Notes: generated by a model not told the origin, from the letters alone. DNA of 64,000 bases from an uncultured archaeon (GCA_963817525.1 CAWFOU010000007.1:704001-768000); one strand, 5' to 3'; shown: positions 1 through 10,030, numbered from the stretch's first letter. Numbers and translations are program-made.

Positions 1-1
1 A

Positions 2-169
2 GCTCCGACGTACTGCGATGGTTTCAGCTACGTCTTGGTTGGACCAGGAACCGCCTACACGACGTTCAGCTTCAACTGGGAGCTGACCTTCAACGGTTTC
101 GGCCCAGGGTCGTTCCCCATGACGACCGAGATATCCGGGACCTTTGACTTTGAGAGCCCGCAAACTTAG
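2..169 (+). CDS. 3' end of hypothetical protein (partial, runs off window start)
   Basis: Open frame from base 2 (APTYCDGFSYVLVGPG...FESPQT) to TAG at 167-169. Confidence 0.55.
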   Translation, partial: APTYCDGFSYVLVGPGTAYTTFSFNWELTFNGFGPGSFPMTTEISGTFDFESPQT

Positions 170-408
170 CAGGTGGTCTTCGACTCGCCGTCGACGCTTG
201 TCAAGGTGAATCCCCGGGTTGAAGTTCCTCCCCCCAACGAAGATAGGGACGCGGCGGTCTCCCCCGCGAGCAGGTGGGCGTACGATTGCAGCTCCTCCGG
301 CGTAACGATGAACGAGGGCGGCTCGAGCCTCGATTTCATGTAGCCATCCAGATACTTCGAAATGTCCTGCACCATCCTCCTGTCCACCAGCTCGGTGAAC
401 ATACTCAC
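166..408 (-). CDS. hypothetical protein
   Basis: 80-aa ORF with host-like codon usage; no recognised motif. Confidence 0.45.
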   Translation of the reverse strand: MSMFTELVDRRMVQDISKYLDGYMKSRLEPPSFIVTPEELQSYAHLLAGETAASLSSLGGGTSTRGFTLTSVDGESKTTC

Positions 409-462
409 GTTACGGTATTGAAAAATAGCAAGGCCCGTGGCAGTTTATAGGACAAAATCGCG

Positions 463-945
463 GTGCTCAGTCTCTTGAAGGCGATCACGCACCTATTCTA
501 CTCGGTGGGCGTCGGGGTCTTCCTCCTCTGTCGCGTCGAGGGACCGACCCCGCTCTACCTTGCACTGACGGTGTGGTTGGCCTTAGCCACGAACGAGGCC
601 ATCGACTTGCTGGGGCACTTCAAGCGGGGCGGAAGGCCAGTCAGGTCGTTCTGGACCCACTCCGTCTTCACGGCCCCTCTATGGGGTGTCGCCGTGGCCC
701 TGGTCACCGTCTACTTCCTAGACCGGATCGTCGACCTGGGGATGCCGGCGTCCCAGGCCGTCCTCCTCTACGCGCTCGCCATGGTGATTGCCTATTCCCA
801 TCTTCTGCTCGACGCGATCACGGAGGGCGGAGTCTTTCTCGGCAGGCGGCGGGTCGCGCTCGCCCACTTCAGGTACAACAACCCCATAATCAACGGCGCC
901 TTCGCAACCCTCGGCATCCTGCTGGTCTTCGCCGCGCTCTTCTGA
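463..945 (+). CDS. membrane-bound metal-dependent hydrolase (YdjM/DUF1286-like)
   Basis: Hydrophobic segments with TH, DLLGH, THS and HLLLD motifs. Confidence 0.7.
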   Translation: MLSLLKAITHLFYSVGVGVFLLCRVEGPTPLYLALTVWLALATNEAIDLLGHFKRGGRPVRSFWTHSVFTAPLWGVAVALVTVYFLDRIVDLGMPASQAVLLYALAMVIAYSHLLLDAITEGGVFLGRRRVALAHFRYNNPIINGAFATLGILLVFAALF

Positions 946-1008
946 GCCCTGCACCAAATAGCATCTCAGTCGAAAAGCATTATAGGAAAGACGGCTCGAC
1001 GGGGTCGC

Positions 1009-1392
1009 ATGAACTCCTCAGGTCCAGCCTCGTCGCAGCAAGTCCTCCTCGTCACGGCGAACTACGCAGCGGGGTACAAGGTCGACAAGGTCCTGGGGAT
1101 GACCTACGGGATAACCGTGCGGTCCCGCGGACTCGGCGGCAACATAGTGGCAGGCCTGCGGACCATCGCGGGCGGCGAGGTCAAAGAATACACGGAGTTG
1201 GCCCATCAGGCCAGACAGGAGGCCCTCGACAGGCTGGCACAGCACGCGAAGAGCCTTGGTGCGAACGCCGTCCTGAGCGTGAGCTTCGACTCGACCGAGA
1301 TGGCCACCAGCATGACGGAGATAATCGCGTTCGGGACAGCGGTCGTAGTCTCTCCGGCTTCGGGCGACCAGCAGCTAGTGAACCTTAGCTAG
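1009..1392 (+). CDS. YbjQ/UPF0145 family protein
   Basis: GITVRSR...GGEVKEYT...AR..AL.RL...A..LGANAV family pattern. Confidence 0.9.
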   Translation: MNSSGPASSQQVLLVTANYAAGYKVDKVLGMTYGITVRSRGLGGNIVAGLRTIAGGEVKEYTELAHQARQEALDRLAQHAKSLGANAVLSVSFDSTEMATSMTEIIAFGTAVVVSPASGDQQLVNLS

Positions 1393-1397
1393 CCCTT

Positions 1398-1613
1398 CTA
1401 CTTCCAGGCCTTCGCCCGCTCGCAGAACGCGTCTGCCTCGTCCTGCGCCCGCGGGCAGCGCTCATAGTGCGCGACTATCTCCCTCAGCGCCTCTTCGACA
1501 GGCGTCGGGGCGCCGGGGCAGAGGGCGTCGAGTTGCGATCGGATTTCCATGAAGGGCTGCCAGATTTCGACCGGGATGACCACCGTCACTCCTGCTGTCT
1601 TGCTGGATTTCAT
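1398..1613 (-). CDS. hypothetical small protein
   Basis: 71-aa ORF filling the gap between + strand genes. Confidence 0.5.
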   Translation of the reverse strand: MKSSKTAGVTVVIPVEIWQPFMEIRSQLDALCPGAPTPVEEALREIVAHYERCPRAQDEADAFCERAKAWK

Positions 1614-1705
1614 GTTAGATGAGGGCTTCAGCCCACGAGCCCAATATCTGGCTTTCGCACCGCCAGCTCCACCCTTATTAGACGACGAGACAATTCGGCG
1701 GCAGC

Positions 1706-2509
1706 TTGGCGGGCAAAGAGGAGATGAGGATAGGGTGCAGCGGCTGGTCGTACAAGGACTGGGTCGGCCCCTTCTACCCTTCCGACGCCGAAGCTAAGGA
1801 CTACCTCAAGCTCTACTCCAGGACGTTCGACTGCGTGGAGATAGACTCGAGCTTCTACAGGATCCCGTCGCCTGGCATGGTCAGCCAGTGGAAGAGCAGC
1901 ACGCCTGAGGGGTTCACGTTCTGCCCCAAGCTCACGCAGAAGATCACGCACGAAAACAAGCTCGAGAACTTCGAGTCGACGCTTTTGTACTTCTACAGCG
2001 TCATGAGCAAGTTGGGGAACAAGCTGGGACCGATAGTTGTCCAACTGCCTCCCTCTGTGAAGGTCGAGAAGCACAAGGCGGCGATGGAGAAGTTCGTCTC
2101 CTCACTCGAACCGAAGTTCAGGCACGCGATAGAGTTCAGGCACAAGTCTTGGTTCACGCCCGAGACCTACAAGCTCCTCGAGAAGAACAACGTCGCGATG
2201 GCGTGGTCGATCAACCAGTATCTGGAGACCCCTCCCGAGGTCACTGCGGATTTCATCTACCTCAGGATGGTCGGAACGAGGGAGATCACCGAGTTCGACG
2301 GAATTCAGAAGGAGATGAAGGAAGAGATGGAGCGCTGGGCCAAGGAGCTCAGGGAAAAGAGAGCGTCCATAAAGGACAGCTTCGTCTTCTTCAACAACCA
2401 CTTCGCGGGGTTCGGGCCAGAGTCCGTGAACGAATTCAGGAGGCTACTTGGGATGATCGAGCTCGACTGGAGCAAAGGACAAGAGTCGACGCAATCGACG
2501 CTTCAGTGA
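1706..2509 (+). CDS. DUF72 (YecE-like) protein
   Basis: IGCSGWSY..W.G.FYP, VEIDSSFY, QLPPS, AIEFRH, FFNNH motifs. Confidence 0.92.
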   Translation: MAGKEEMRIGCSGWSYKDWVGPFYPSDAEAKDYLKLYSRTFDCVEIDSSFYRIPSPGMVSQWKSSTPEGFTFCPKLTQKITHENKLENFESTLLYFYSVMSKLGNKLGPIVVQLPPSVKVEKHKAAMEKFVSSLEPKFRHAIEFRHKSWFTPETYKLLEKNNVAMAWSINQYLETPPEVTADFIYLRMVGTREITEFDGIQKEMKEEMERWAKELREKRASIKDSFVFFNNHFAGFGPESVNEFRRLLGMIELDWSKGQESTQSTLQ

Positions 2510-2516
2510 CTCTTAG

Positions 2517-3617
2517 ATGTCGCAGGCAGGATGGAGGGCGATATTCCATGTGGACCTCAACGCCTTCTACGTCTCGGTAGAGGTCAAGGACAACCCCTCC
2601 CTCAAAGGCTTCCCAGTCGTGGTAGGAGCGGACCCCGGCGGGGGAACATCGCGTGGCGTCGTGATGACCTGTTCGTACGAGGCGAGGAAGCTCGGCCTAA
2701 AGTCGGGGATGCCCATCTCGATGGCGTACAAGCTCGCCCCAGACGCAATCTACATCGAGCCCACGACGGAGAGATGGAATCGTTATGCCGAGGTCTCGAC
2801 GAAGGTGATGGAAATACTCAGAGGACATGCCGATAGGTTCGAGCAGACGGGTATCGACGAGGCCTATCTGGACGTCTCCTCCCGTACCAAGGACCTCGAA
2901 GAAGCAAAGGCGCTGGCGCTGGAAATCAAGAGGGAGATACGTGACTCGCTTGGGATAACATGCTCGATCGGGGTCGCGCCCAACAAGTCTCTCGCGAAGA
3001 TAGCTTCCGACAGGCAAAAACCAGATGGACTGACGATTGTCCCGTTCGACGACCCCAAGGGCTTCCTCGCGCCCCTCCCCGTCGCGGTCATCCCGGGAGT
3101 GGGCCCGAAGACGCAGGTCTTCTTGAACGAGCACGACATCCAGACCATCGGGCAGCTTCAGAAGATGTCGGGACAGGACATGATGAAGTGGTTCGGCAAG
3201 ACAGGGGTCTGGCTCTGGGGGGTCATCCAGGCCGAGGAGAGGCTCCTGGTTATCGAGAGGGACATGATGAAGTCGATGAGTGTCGAGAGGACTTTCGACG
3301 CGGACGCCGAGGATTTCGAGAAGGTCTACGCGCAGGCGGAAATCGAGGCCCGCGAGCTCGCCCAAAGGGTGCGGGACGACAACGTGACGTTCAAGGTCGT
3401 GGGGGTCAAAATCCGCTTCAAGGGGTTCAAGACCTTCACTCGAGAGGCGACCCTGGCCGTATCCACCGACAGCGAGGAGGTCCTGAAGCGCGAAGCCCGG
3501 GTCCTCCTGAAGGAGTTCGAATACAAGAAAAAGGCGGTGAGGCTGGTGGGAATCCGCGTCTCGAACCTGAGGCGCGAGGAGGCGATGACCAGGTTAGACG
3601 ATTGGGCGCGAGGCTGA
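2517..3617 (+). CDS. dinB: Y-family DNA polymerase IV
   Basis: HVDLNAFY, SYEARKLG, IDEAYLD, LAKIASD.KPDG, VRLVGI motifs. Confidence 0.95.
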   Translation: MSQAGWRAIFHVDLNAFYVSVEVKDNPSLKGFPVVVGADPGGGTSRGVVMTCSYEARKLGLKSGMPISMAYKLAPDAIYIEPTTERWNRYAEVSTKVMEILRGHADRFEQTGIDEAYLDVSSRTKDLEEAKALALEIKREIRDSLGITCSIGVAPNKSLAKIASDRQKPDGLTIVPFDDPKGFLAPLPVAVIPGVGPKTQVFLNEHDIQTIGQLQKMSGQDMMKWFGKTGVWLWGVIQAEERLLVIERDMMKSMSVERTFDADAEDFEKVYAQAEIEARELAQRVRDDNVTFKVVGVKIRFKGFKTFTREATLAVSTDSEEVLKREARVLLKEFEYKKKAVRLVGIRVSNLRREEAMTRLDDWARG

Positions 3618-3658
3618 AGAAACGGAGATAACGAGACCTGGCGGGAGATAGGCGCGGC

Positions 3659-4120
3659 TTGGTCACCGAGGCTACGCTCTGTCACATATTCAGGGGGGAC
3701 AAGATCTTGCTCAAGAAGGCGACCAGGGGGATAAGCAAGGGTAAGTGGAACGCTCCAGGAGGCAAGATCGACCCTGGCGAGTCCCCTGAGGAGTGCGCCA
3801 AGCGTGAGGTCCTCGAGGAGACCGGGCTCCGCGTCTCCGATCTCTTCTACCACGGGACGCTGACATTCATGATGGACGGGACTAGAACGGTCAGCATAAA
3901 GGGCCACCTCTTCTCGACCAGGAAAGCCGCGGGAAGGGCGAGGTCGAGCGAGGAGGGTCCCGTGAAGTGGGTCTCCCTGGATGAGCTGCCCCTGGACGAG
4001 ATGTGGGAGGACGACCGGTTCTGGATGCCCCTGATGCGAATGGGTGCCAGGTTCAACGCGGTTTTCGCCTACGACAAGGGCAACCGCCACATCGTAGAGT
4101 TCGCCATCAACTCTTGGTAG
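3659..4120 (+). CDS. NUDIX hydrolase, 8-oxo-dGTPase (MutT/MTH1-like)
   Basis: Nudix box GGKIDPGESPEECAKREVLEETG; SEEG and MWEDD..W MTH1-like motifs. Confidence 0.9.
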   Translation: MVTEATLCHIFRGDKILLKKATRGISKGKWNAPGGKIDPGESPEECAKREVLEETGLRVSDLFYHGTLTFMMDGTRTVSIKGHLFSTRKAAGRARSSEEGPVKWVSLDELPLDEMWEDDRFWMPLMRMGARFNAVFAYDKGNRHIVEFAINSW

Positions 4121-4126
4121 GCGGCT

Positions 4127-5068
4127 CTAGATTCCTAGTGCTAGGCGGAGGCCCTTGTACCTGTTTCGGAGCGTGACTTCGGTAATCGACGCCGCGTCGG
4201 CGATGTCCTTCTGCGTCTTGCCGTTGCCCTCCAGTGTGGACGCCACGTAGAGCGCCGCGGCCGCCAGCCCCATAGGGTCCTTCCCCGCCACTATCTCCTT
4301 CTGGTGGGCCTTTGTGAGTATCTCCATCGCGCGCCTCTTCGTCTTCTCTCCCACCGTCGCGCGAGATGCGATTCGCGAGACCGACTTTATCGGGTCGGGG
4401 ACGGGCATTTGCAGGTCCATCTCCCTCAGGAGAATCCTGTACGACCGCGCCAGGTCCTTCTTCCCCACATTGCTCACGGCTGCGACGTCCTTGAGGGTTC
4501 TCGGCACCTCCATGTCTCTGCAGGCTGCGTAGAGCGCCGCCGCGGAGATCTGGACTATCGACCTTCCCCTCGTGACCCCGCGCTCGACCGCCTTCCGGTA
4601 GATGTACGCGGCCCTCTCGATGACCTCGTCGTGCACGGAGAGCTTCTCTGCGAACATCTTCATCTCGTTAAACGCCGTCCTCAGGTTCCTGTCGAAGGAG
4701 TTCGCGGCCTGGCTCCTCTTGTCCCAGACCCTCACCCTGTCCATCGTGTGCTTCATGGCGCCCGACAGCGAGGAGCCCGAAGCGTCTCGGTTGGCGGAGC
4801 CTATGACCGTCGAGAGGCCCATGTCGAATGAGGTGATGGACGTCGGCATCCCCGTCCGTGCCCTACTCTCGCCGCCCTGCTCATCCTGGAACGATCTCCA
4901 TTCGGGCCTGGTCTCCTCCAGCTTCTCCTTCATCACGTACCCGCAGTTAGTGCAATAGAACTCCCCGGTGTTAGAATCTTCTGCCAAAGGGCCCTTGCCA
5001 CAGCGCGGACATTTGTCCGCCTTACGTTGTCTCCCCTCAAGCCCGGGAGAATTTAGTCTATACGACAT
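4127..5068 (-). CDS. tfb: transcription initiation factor B
   Basis: CPRC...CTNCG zinc ribbon, PEWRSF B-reader, two cyclin repeats (AAALY, GKDPMGLAAAALY, EVTLRNRYK). Confidence 0.96.
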   Translation of the reverse strand: MSYRLNSPGLEGRQRKADKCPRCGKGPLAEDSNTGEFYCTNCGYVMKEKLEETRPEWRSFQDEQGGESRARTGMPTSITSFDMGLSTVIGSANRDASGSSLSGAMKHTMDRVRVWDKRSQAANSFDRNLRTAFNEMKMFAEKLSVHDEVIERAAYIYRKAVERGVTRGRSIVQISAAALYAACRDMEVPRTLKDVAAVSNVGKKDLARSYRILLREMDLQMPVPDPIKSVSRIASRATVGEKTKRRAMEILTKAHQKEIVAGKDPMGLAAAALYVASTLEGNGKTQKDIADAASITEVTLRNRYKGLRLALGI

Positions 5069-5267
5069 TTTCTATCACTTACGTTATACTGAGGCGCTTT
5101 GGTTGTATTTAAAGCTAGTGGGGCAGACAACGATAAATTGGGGTAAAGAACGAACAATCGTCCCATTTCCGCAAACTCTAAAAGACCCTGATGTTAACTA
5201 TCGCCCGATGATTAAGGTGAGGATGGCGGCAGTTTCGAGCCGCCTTGGCAACTTTACCATAATCAAG

Positions 5268-5591
5268 ATGGGTCAGACTGTTTTAATCAGCCCTTGCGAC
5301 ACAAGGACGAAAATCCTGGAGGCCCTCTCGAAGGGGCCGCTGACTAGCGAACGGCTTGCTCGAAAGATAGGCGTTTCCTATTCTTGCGTGATGGACCATA
5401 TGGACTTCCTAGAGATGCTTGGAGTCGTGAAGGCCCTCAGCAGAAGACCGGACGAAGGAAGGAAGAGAATCTACTTCCACTTAAACGAAGATCCTCTGGA
5501 AAGGATTGAGGAGCTCTTCATGACAGCGCCGAAGAACGGTCGAAGCCGGCCTGTATCAGTCGTACGAGCTCAATCCCTAGTCCAGACATAA
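5268..5591 (+). CDS. ArsR-like winged-helix regulator (start may be 5208 or 5223)
   Basis: TRTKILEALSKGPLT...LARKIGVSYS.V..H...LE..GVV pattern; divergent from tfb. Confidence 0.7.
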   Translation: MGQTVLISPCDTRTKILEALSKGPLTSERLARKIGVSYSCVMDHMDFLEMLGVVKALSRRPDEGRKRIYFHLNEDPLERIEELFMTAPKNGRSRPVSVVRAQSLVQT

Positions 5592-5814
5592 TATTCACAG
5601 TTTCCAAAATCCCCAGCCCCAGACTTTGTACGGATTCTTGCGGCTTTCGAGGACCTTGATGTCCAAGGGGCTGTGGCACTCCCCTACCTTTCTTGGTTTG
5701 AATCCTCCATGACCTATCACGGAATCGATGTGGACCTCGTAGTGGGATTCCTTCGCGGTTTAGACGGCTCTCCCCGTGGCATCACTTATTACTCGTCCAT
5801 GCGAATCCGCGGCC

Positions 5815-6756
5815 ATGAAGACCACGAGGGCGCTCAGGAAGAAGCTCGACAACTGGAAGCAGAAGCCGATCGTCGCCCCAGGAGTCCACGACCCCTACTG
5901 CGCCAGGATCGCGGAGAAGCTGGGTTTCGACACCCTGTACATGGGCGGCGCGGCGACGTCCATGTCGAGGCTCGGGATGGCAGACTTTGGGCTGGCGACC
6001 GCGACGGAGGTGCAGGCGAACGCAAAGTACATCACCAGCGTGACCGACCTTCCCCTGATCGCAGACTCGGACAACGGCTACGGGAACGCCCTCAACACGA
6101 TGCGCACGGTCAAGGACTACATCCGGGCGGGCGTGGCCGGGATTCACATAGAGGACCAGGTCATCCCAAAGCGGTGCGGCCACCTCAAGGGGAAGATGGT
6201 CGTCTCCCTCGAGGAGATGGTGGGCAAGATCAAGGCGGCCAAGAAGGTCATCAACGAGGAGGACCCCGACTTCGTCCTGATCGCGCGGACGGACGCGCGA
6301 GGGGCGGTGGGCGGAGGGCTGGACGACGCAGTGAGGCGTCTGAAGGCCTATCGCCGTGCCGGGGCTGACCTCGTCTTCGCGGACGGCCTGCTTTCGAAGG
6401 AGGAGTTGGCCACCATATGCAAGAAGACGGCGGCCCCGACCGTCTTCCACCCCACCGCCATCTCGCCGCGGCTCGGGGTAGAGGAGTGCCACGAGATGGG
6501 GGTCGCGCTCATGATCTACCCATTCGCGTCGATACACGCGATGTCGGTCGCGGTGTGGGACTTTTTGGCGCAGCTGAAGAAGGAGGACACAAGGGCCCAG
6601 GTGAAGTTCGAGCAGAGGTACAAGTCGCATCCCCTGAGCGACCTGCGGAAGCTCTTCGACCTCGGGGGCTTGGAGCAGTTGCAGGCCTATGAGAGGGAGT
6701 TCATCCCGGCGGAGGAGGTCAAGGCCAGGTACGGAAAGCAGACCGTCGGCATCTAG
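5815..6756 (+). CDS. isocitrate lyase/PEP mutase family, 2-methylisocitrate lyase-like
   Basis: DSDNGYG, IEDQ..PKRCGH, ARTDA motifs; substrate not determinable. Confidence 0.85.
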   Translation: MKTTRALRKKLDNWKQKPIVAPGVHDPYCARIAEKLGFDTLYMGGAATSMSRLGMADFGLATATEVQANAKYITSVTDLPLIADSDNGYGNALNTMRTVKDYIRAGVAGIHIEDQVIPKRCGHLKGKMVVSLEEMVGKIKAAKKVINEEDPDFVLIARTDARGAVGGGLDDAVRRLKAYRRAGADLVFADGLLSKEELATICKKTAAPTVFHPTAISPRLGVEECHEMGVALMIYPFASIHAMSVAVWDFLAQLKKEDTRAQVKFEQRYKSHPLSDLRKLFDLGGLEQLQAYEREFIPAEEVKARYGKQTVGI

Positions 6757-7314
6757 TCAGGGCTCGACCTGCCGAAGGATTTCGAGGAGCCCCGCGTCCT
6801 GGACCTGCCCTCTTGCCGACGTCCAGAACTCCTTCGCCAACGACGGGTCTCCCCTCTCGTTCGCGTACTCCCATGCCTGTATCGCCATCTCCAGCTTGTC
6901 CACTTGGTGCACCAGGCGGGCCTCCGGCGTCTTGCCGTCGATGAACTCCTCCCACGCCTCGACATAGAGTGCCCTCTGCTCCTCGGACAGCTCGCTCAGA
7001 ATCTCCTGCATGGCCTTGGTCTCCATCTCGATCTTGCGCTTACCTGACCTCTCCTCCGGCATGGCGTCCCCGACGATGGCCTCCGGGAGGTCGTGGAGCA
7101 GCGCGAGCCTGAGCGCCCTACTTGTGTCCAGTCCGAGCGTGTCGCTGAAGACCATGGTGATGAGCGCAGTCCGGTAGGAGTGGTCGGCCACGGACTCCGG
7201 CCTGGCCATCCCGAGCTTCTTCACCCAGCCCCTCCTCATCTCGGACTTGAGCCGCCCGGACATCATGAAGAACTGCAACAGGCTCCGGGAGTCGGCTTCG
7301 GGTGCAATGCCCAT
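6757..7314 (-). CDS. HD-domain 5'-deoxynucleotidase (YfbR/HDDC2-like)
   Basis: R.GW...ESVADHS, LLHDLPEA..GD, DKLEM. Confidence 0.9.
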   Translation of the reverse strand: MGIAPEADSRSLLQFFMMSGRLKSEMRRGWVKKLGMARPESVADHSYRTALITMVFSDTLGLDTSRALRLALLHDLPEAIVGDAMPEERSGKRKIEMETKAMQEILSELSEEQRALYVEAWEEFIDGKTPEARLVHQVDKLEMAIQAWEYANERGDPSLAKEFWTSARGQVQDAGLLEILRQVEP

Positions 7315-7353
7315 GCTCCGACCGTCGACCCGCGAGATAATAACGCTCGCTCC

Positions 7354-8127
7354 TCAAAGCCCGTACTTGACCAGGTGGTCATAGTCGAAGACCATCACTC
7401 CGTTGCTGTTGCTCAGCGCGTACTGAAACTGCTGTTGATACTCCTGGGTGGTCTCGCCGGGGGACACCTCGACGCCGGCGATTATCCCCGGGTGGATGTA
7501 CTGTTGGTCCCCGGAAGCGTAGGTCTCGAGGACAAGAAGGTCAGGCTTCAGGGGAAAGGAAGGGAAGTCGTCCGTCGTGATCGCTGTCTTTCCAGTGTAG
7601 CTCGACGACAGCTGGTCGAAGAGGGCCGTCTGGGTCGCGATTGGGAGCGTTGACATGTCGAGGTTTATCCCGTCCTCTCCGTCGGAGTAGATTGAGCTCG
7701 GGATTGTCTGCGTTGTGTTCGTGAAATAGAGAGCGAAGAAGATCTCCAGGCCGTCGCTGTGGGCGGAGGCGACGAACTGAGTAAGCGAACTACTCGTGAA
7801 GAGCAGCGTTCCTGCCCTGTAAATCTGGAAGAAAACCGTGTTGAAGCCTTGGGAGGTCGCAGTGCTCAGAAGGTTCCCGAAGTTCGACGAGTTGACCGCG
7901 CCGTTGCCCTGGTTGACGTAAAGGATGACGGACTTTGACGAGGCGCCGGTCGAGGAGGTCGAACCGGACTGTGTCGTCGACGAGGAGCTGCTGGAGACCC
8001 CGACCTGGCCGTGAAGCGACGTGGAAGCCAGGAGGTATCCGACTATCGCCACGGCCACGATCCCGCCGACGGCGTAGTATCTCGCCCTCGACCGGGCGGG
8101 ACTCCTGCGGCCTTTTCGTCTGCTCAA
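7354..8127 (-). CDS. membrane-anchored secreted protein, possible TIM-barrel glycoside-hydrolase-like domain
   Basis: Basic N-terminus, TM helix, Ser/Thr linker, GFNTVFFQ and DGINLD segments; start TTG 8127 inferred. Confidence 0.6.
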   Translation of the reverse strand: MSRRKGRRSPARSRARYYAVGGIVAVAIVGYLLASTSLHGQVGVSSSSSSTTQSGSTSSTGASSKSVILYVNQGNGAVNSSNFGNLLSTATSQGFNTVFFQIYRAGTLLFTSSSLTQFVASAHSDGLEIFFALYFTNTTQTIPSSIYSDGEDGINLDMSTLPIATQTALFDQLSSSYTGKTAITTDDFPSFPLKPDLLVLETYASGDQQYIHPGIIAGVEVSPGETTQEYQQQFQYALSNSNGVMVFDYDHLVKYGL

Positions 8128-8252
8128 GTTCTCCAGTGACTCGCTACTGGCAGGAACGGGCGTGGGGCAATTATGAGTTGCGCGTCCTTTGGGCCGGCCC
8201 TCCAAGGTAATGATAAATGGAAGACACTCATCCAAAATGCAAGCAGAGGGTT

Positions 8253-8519
8253 ATGCGAAAGCTCGCGATAGCAGTGCTTGCTCTTGGAGTCGCAATAGCT
8301 ATCTTGCTTCTCGTTCCCGTCTATCGTATTGACACCCCGCCGTGCACTAACCTAGGAAGCAGTGACCCGCCGGCAATCTGTCTGCCGATATTCGCCTATC
8401 ACACTCCTGTCTTCAAGTCCGTGAGCTGCGTCATGGTCGGTGTTGGAGCGATATACGTCCCCCGCGACTTTTACACTGTGAATAGTCCGGCCAAGTATCA
8501 TCTTGGCTGCTTCCCTTGA
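8253..8519 (+). CDS. small secreted/membrane Cys-containing hypothetical protein
   Basis: N-terminal hydrophobic helix, 4 Cys; AT-richer than host. Confidence 0.5.
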   Translation: MRKLAIAVLALGVAIAILLLVPVYRIDTPPCTNLGSSDPPAICLPIFAYHTPVFKSVSCVMVGVGAIYVPRDFYTVNSPAKYHLGCFP

Positions 8520-8539
8520 GTCGGCCGGCGAAACTTGAT

Positions 8540-10010
8540 ACTCTCGAAGAGAGGGTCAAAAGCCGACTGGGACTTTCCAGTTCCCGAATTCGTACCCCAG
8601 TGCCGAATGAACTTTTGTCAGCATTATCACAGAAACCAACCCGTTTACCTTCATACATGCGGAAGGCGTAGTGTGTGGGACCTTTAATATTCAACATGGA
8701 ATACTACATTGGTGGACATGAAGAGCGCCTTCCGATTCCGTCTTTACCCATCATCCAAGCAAGAGGCTCGGATGCTTCGTGCGCTCGAAACATCAAGACG
8801 TCTTTGGAACGACGCTCTCGCGCATAGAAAAGCGCGATGGGAGAAAGAAGGGAAGCCCACCTCATACAATCTGCAAGCATCGATGCTCACATTTGAACGC
8901 GAACAAGACGTATTGTTAAGTGGCCTCTATTCACAGGTTGGCCAGGACGTACTTAGAAGGCTCGACAAGGCATTCAAATCCTTCTTTGCGCGCCGCGCTC
9001 GATATCCGCGATTCAAGAAGTTCATCCAGTCTGGCTCGTTCACTTACCCGCAGGCCTACAATGGGTCGGCCAAGCCAGACGTTGTGAGAAAGAGGCTCTT
9101 CCTCTCGAAGGTTGGCAACATCAAGACCGTTTTTCATAGGCCGCTTCCAACAAAAAATGGCTCTCGCCTGAAGACTTGCACAGTAATCAGAGAGCCAGAC
9201 GGCAAGTGGTTTGCATCGCTTGTATTCGAGGAAGTCGTACCGCTGCAGGACATCCACGTCGATACCATGCCATCAACGGCTGCAAAGAAGACACCGGTCG
9301 GCGTCGACCTCGGCCTCCTATCTCTAATCACTACTTCGGAGGGCGAGGTGGTCGAGCACCCGCGCTTTCTGAGAAAAGGCGAGAAGCGTTTGAAGCGCCT
9401 TCAACGTAGTCTGTCCTTCAAGAAGAAGGGTTCAAAGAACCGCCTCAAAGCCAGGCGTCGAGTTGCATCACAACACGCAAAGGTGAGGCGTCAGCGCCGG
9501 GACTTCAATCACAAACTCTCTGCTCGGTTGGTAAAGGGGCACGAACTTATCGCCTTCGAGGATCTCATGATAAGGAACATGGTGAAGAACCACAGGCTAG
9601 CCAGGTCTATTCAGGATGCAGGCTGGGGGCAGTTGGTAAGGCTTGCAGAGTACAAAGCCCTAAGGGCCGGCTCCAGAGTCGTGAAAGTCCCCGCCGCATG
9701 TTCCACGCAGGAATGCTACCACTGTTCAACGCTCAACAAAATCGACCTCGCCACTCGGGAGTTCGTCTGCGTCGGCTGCGGACGAACCCTTCAAAGGGAT
9801 TGCAATGCCGCACGCATCGTGCTGAAGCGCGGTCTGGCTATCGCTGGCCTGACTCCGAAGGTAGGGCAGGACATGCCCCAACTCAAGCCCGTGGAGATCA
9901 GACCTCTACTCGTCCAGAGAACTGGAGGAGCAAGTCAGGTCTGTGAAACAGGAACTATACGCCCGCAAGGGCTGGAAGCCCAGGGCCTTTTGGCCGCGGG
10001 AGGATGTCAC
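8540..10010 (+). mobile_element. IS200/IS605-superfamily element, TnpB-only (IS1341-like)
   Basis: TTGAT at 8535-8539, CAAA at 8557-8560 before a hairpin; right end GAAG(9975)-hairpin-TCAC(10007-10010); no tnpA. Confidence 0.8.
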
Positions 10011-10013
10011 TAA
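8709..10013 (+). CDS. tnpB: TnpB RNA-guided nuclease
   Basis: AFRFRLYP N-terminus; RuvC D (GVDLG), E (AFEDL), D (RDCNAA); CYHC/CVGC zinc finger. Confidence 0.95.
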   Translation: MVDMKSAFRFRLYPSSKQEARMLRALETSRRLWNDALAHRKARWEKEGKPTSYNLQASMLTFEREQDVLLSGLYSQVGQDVLRRLDKAFKSFFARRARYPRFKKFIQSGSFTYPQAYNGSAKPDVVRKRLFLSKVGNIKTVFHRPLPTKNGSRLKTCTVIREPDGKWFASLVFEEVVPLQDIHVDTMPSTAAKKTPVGVDLGLLSLITTSEGEVVEHPRFLRKGEKRLKRLQRSLSFKKKGSKNRLKARRRVASQHAKVRRQRRDFNHKLSARLVKGHELIAFEDLMIRNMVKNHRLARSIQDAGWGQLVRLAEYKALRAGSRVVKVPAACSTQECYHCSTLNKIDLATREFVCVGCGRTLQRDCNAARIVLKRGLAIAGLTPKVGQDMPQLKPVEIRPLLVQRTGGASQVCETGTIRPQGLEAQGLLAAGGCH

Positions 10014-10030
10014 CCCGAAAACCGGACCAT
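9830..10030 (+). ncRNA. putative omega/reRNA (scaffold in tnpB 3' end plus flank-derived guide); 5' boundary approximate
   Basis: GCCC-GCAA-GGGC GNRA hairpin at 9961-9972 and right-end hairpin 9979-10000; position inferred from known TnpB biology. Confidence 0.55.

Noticed and set aside
8431-8697. Minus-strand ORF as TnpA
   Set aside because: No HUH/Y1 or serine-recombinase motif; it crosses the inferred left end
8709-10013. TnpB as a nuclease-dead TldR-like regulator
   Set aside because: All three RuvC acidic residues and both transposon ends are present
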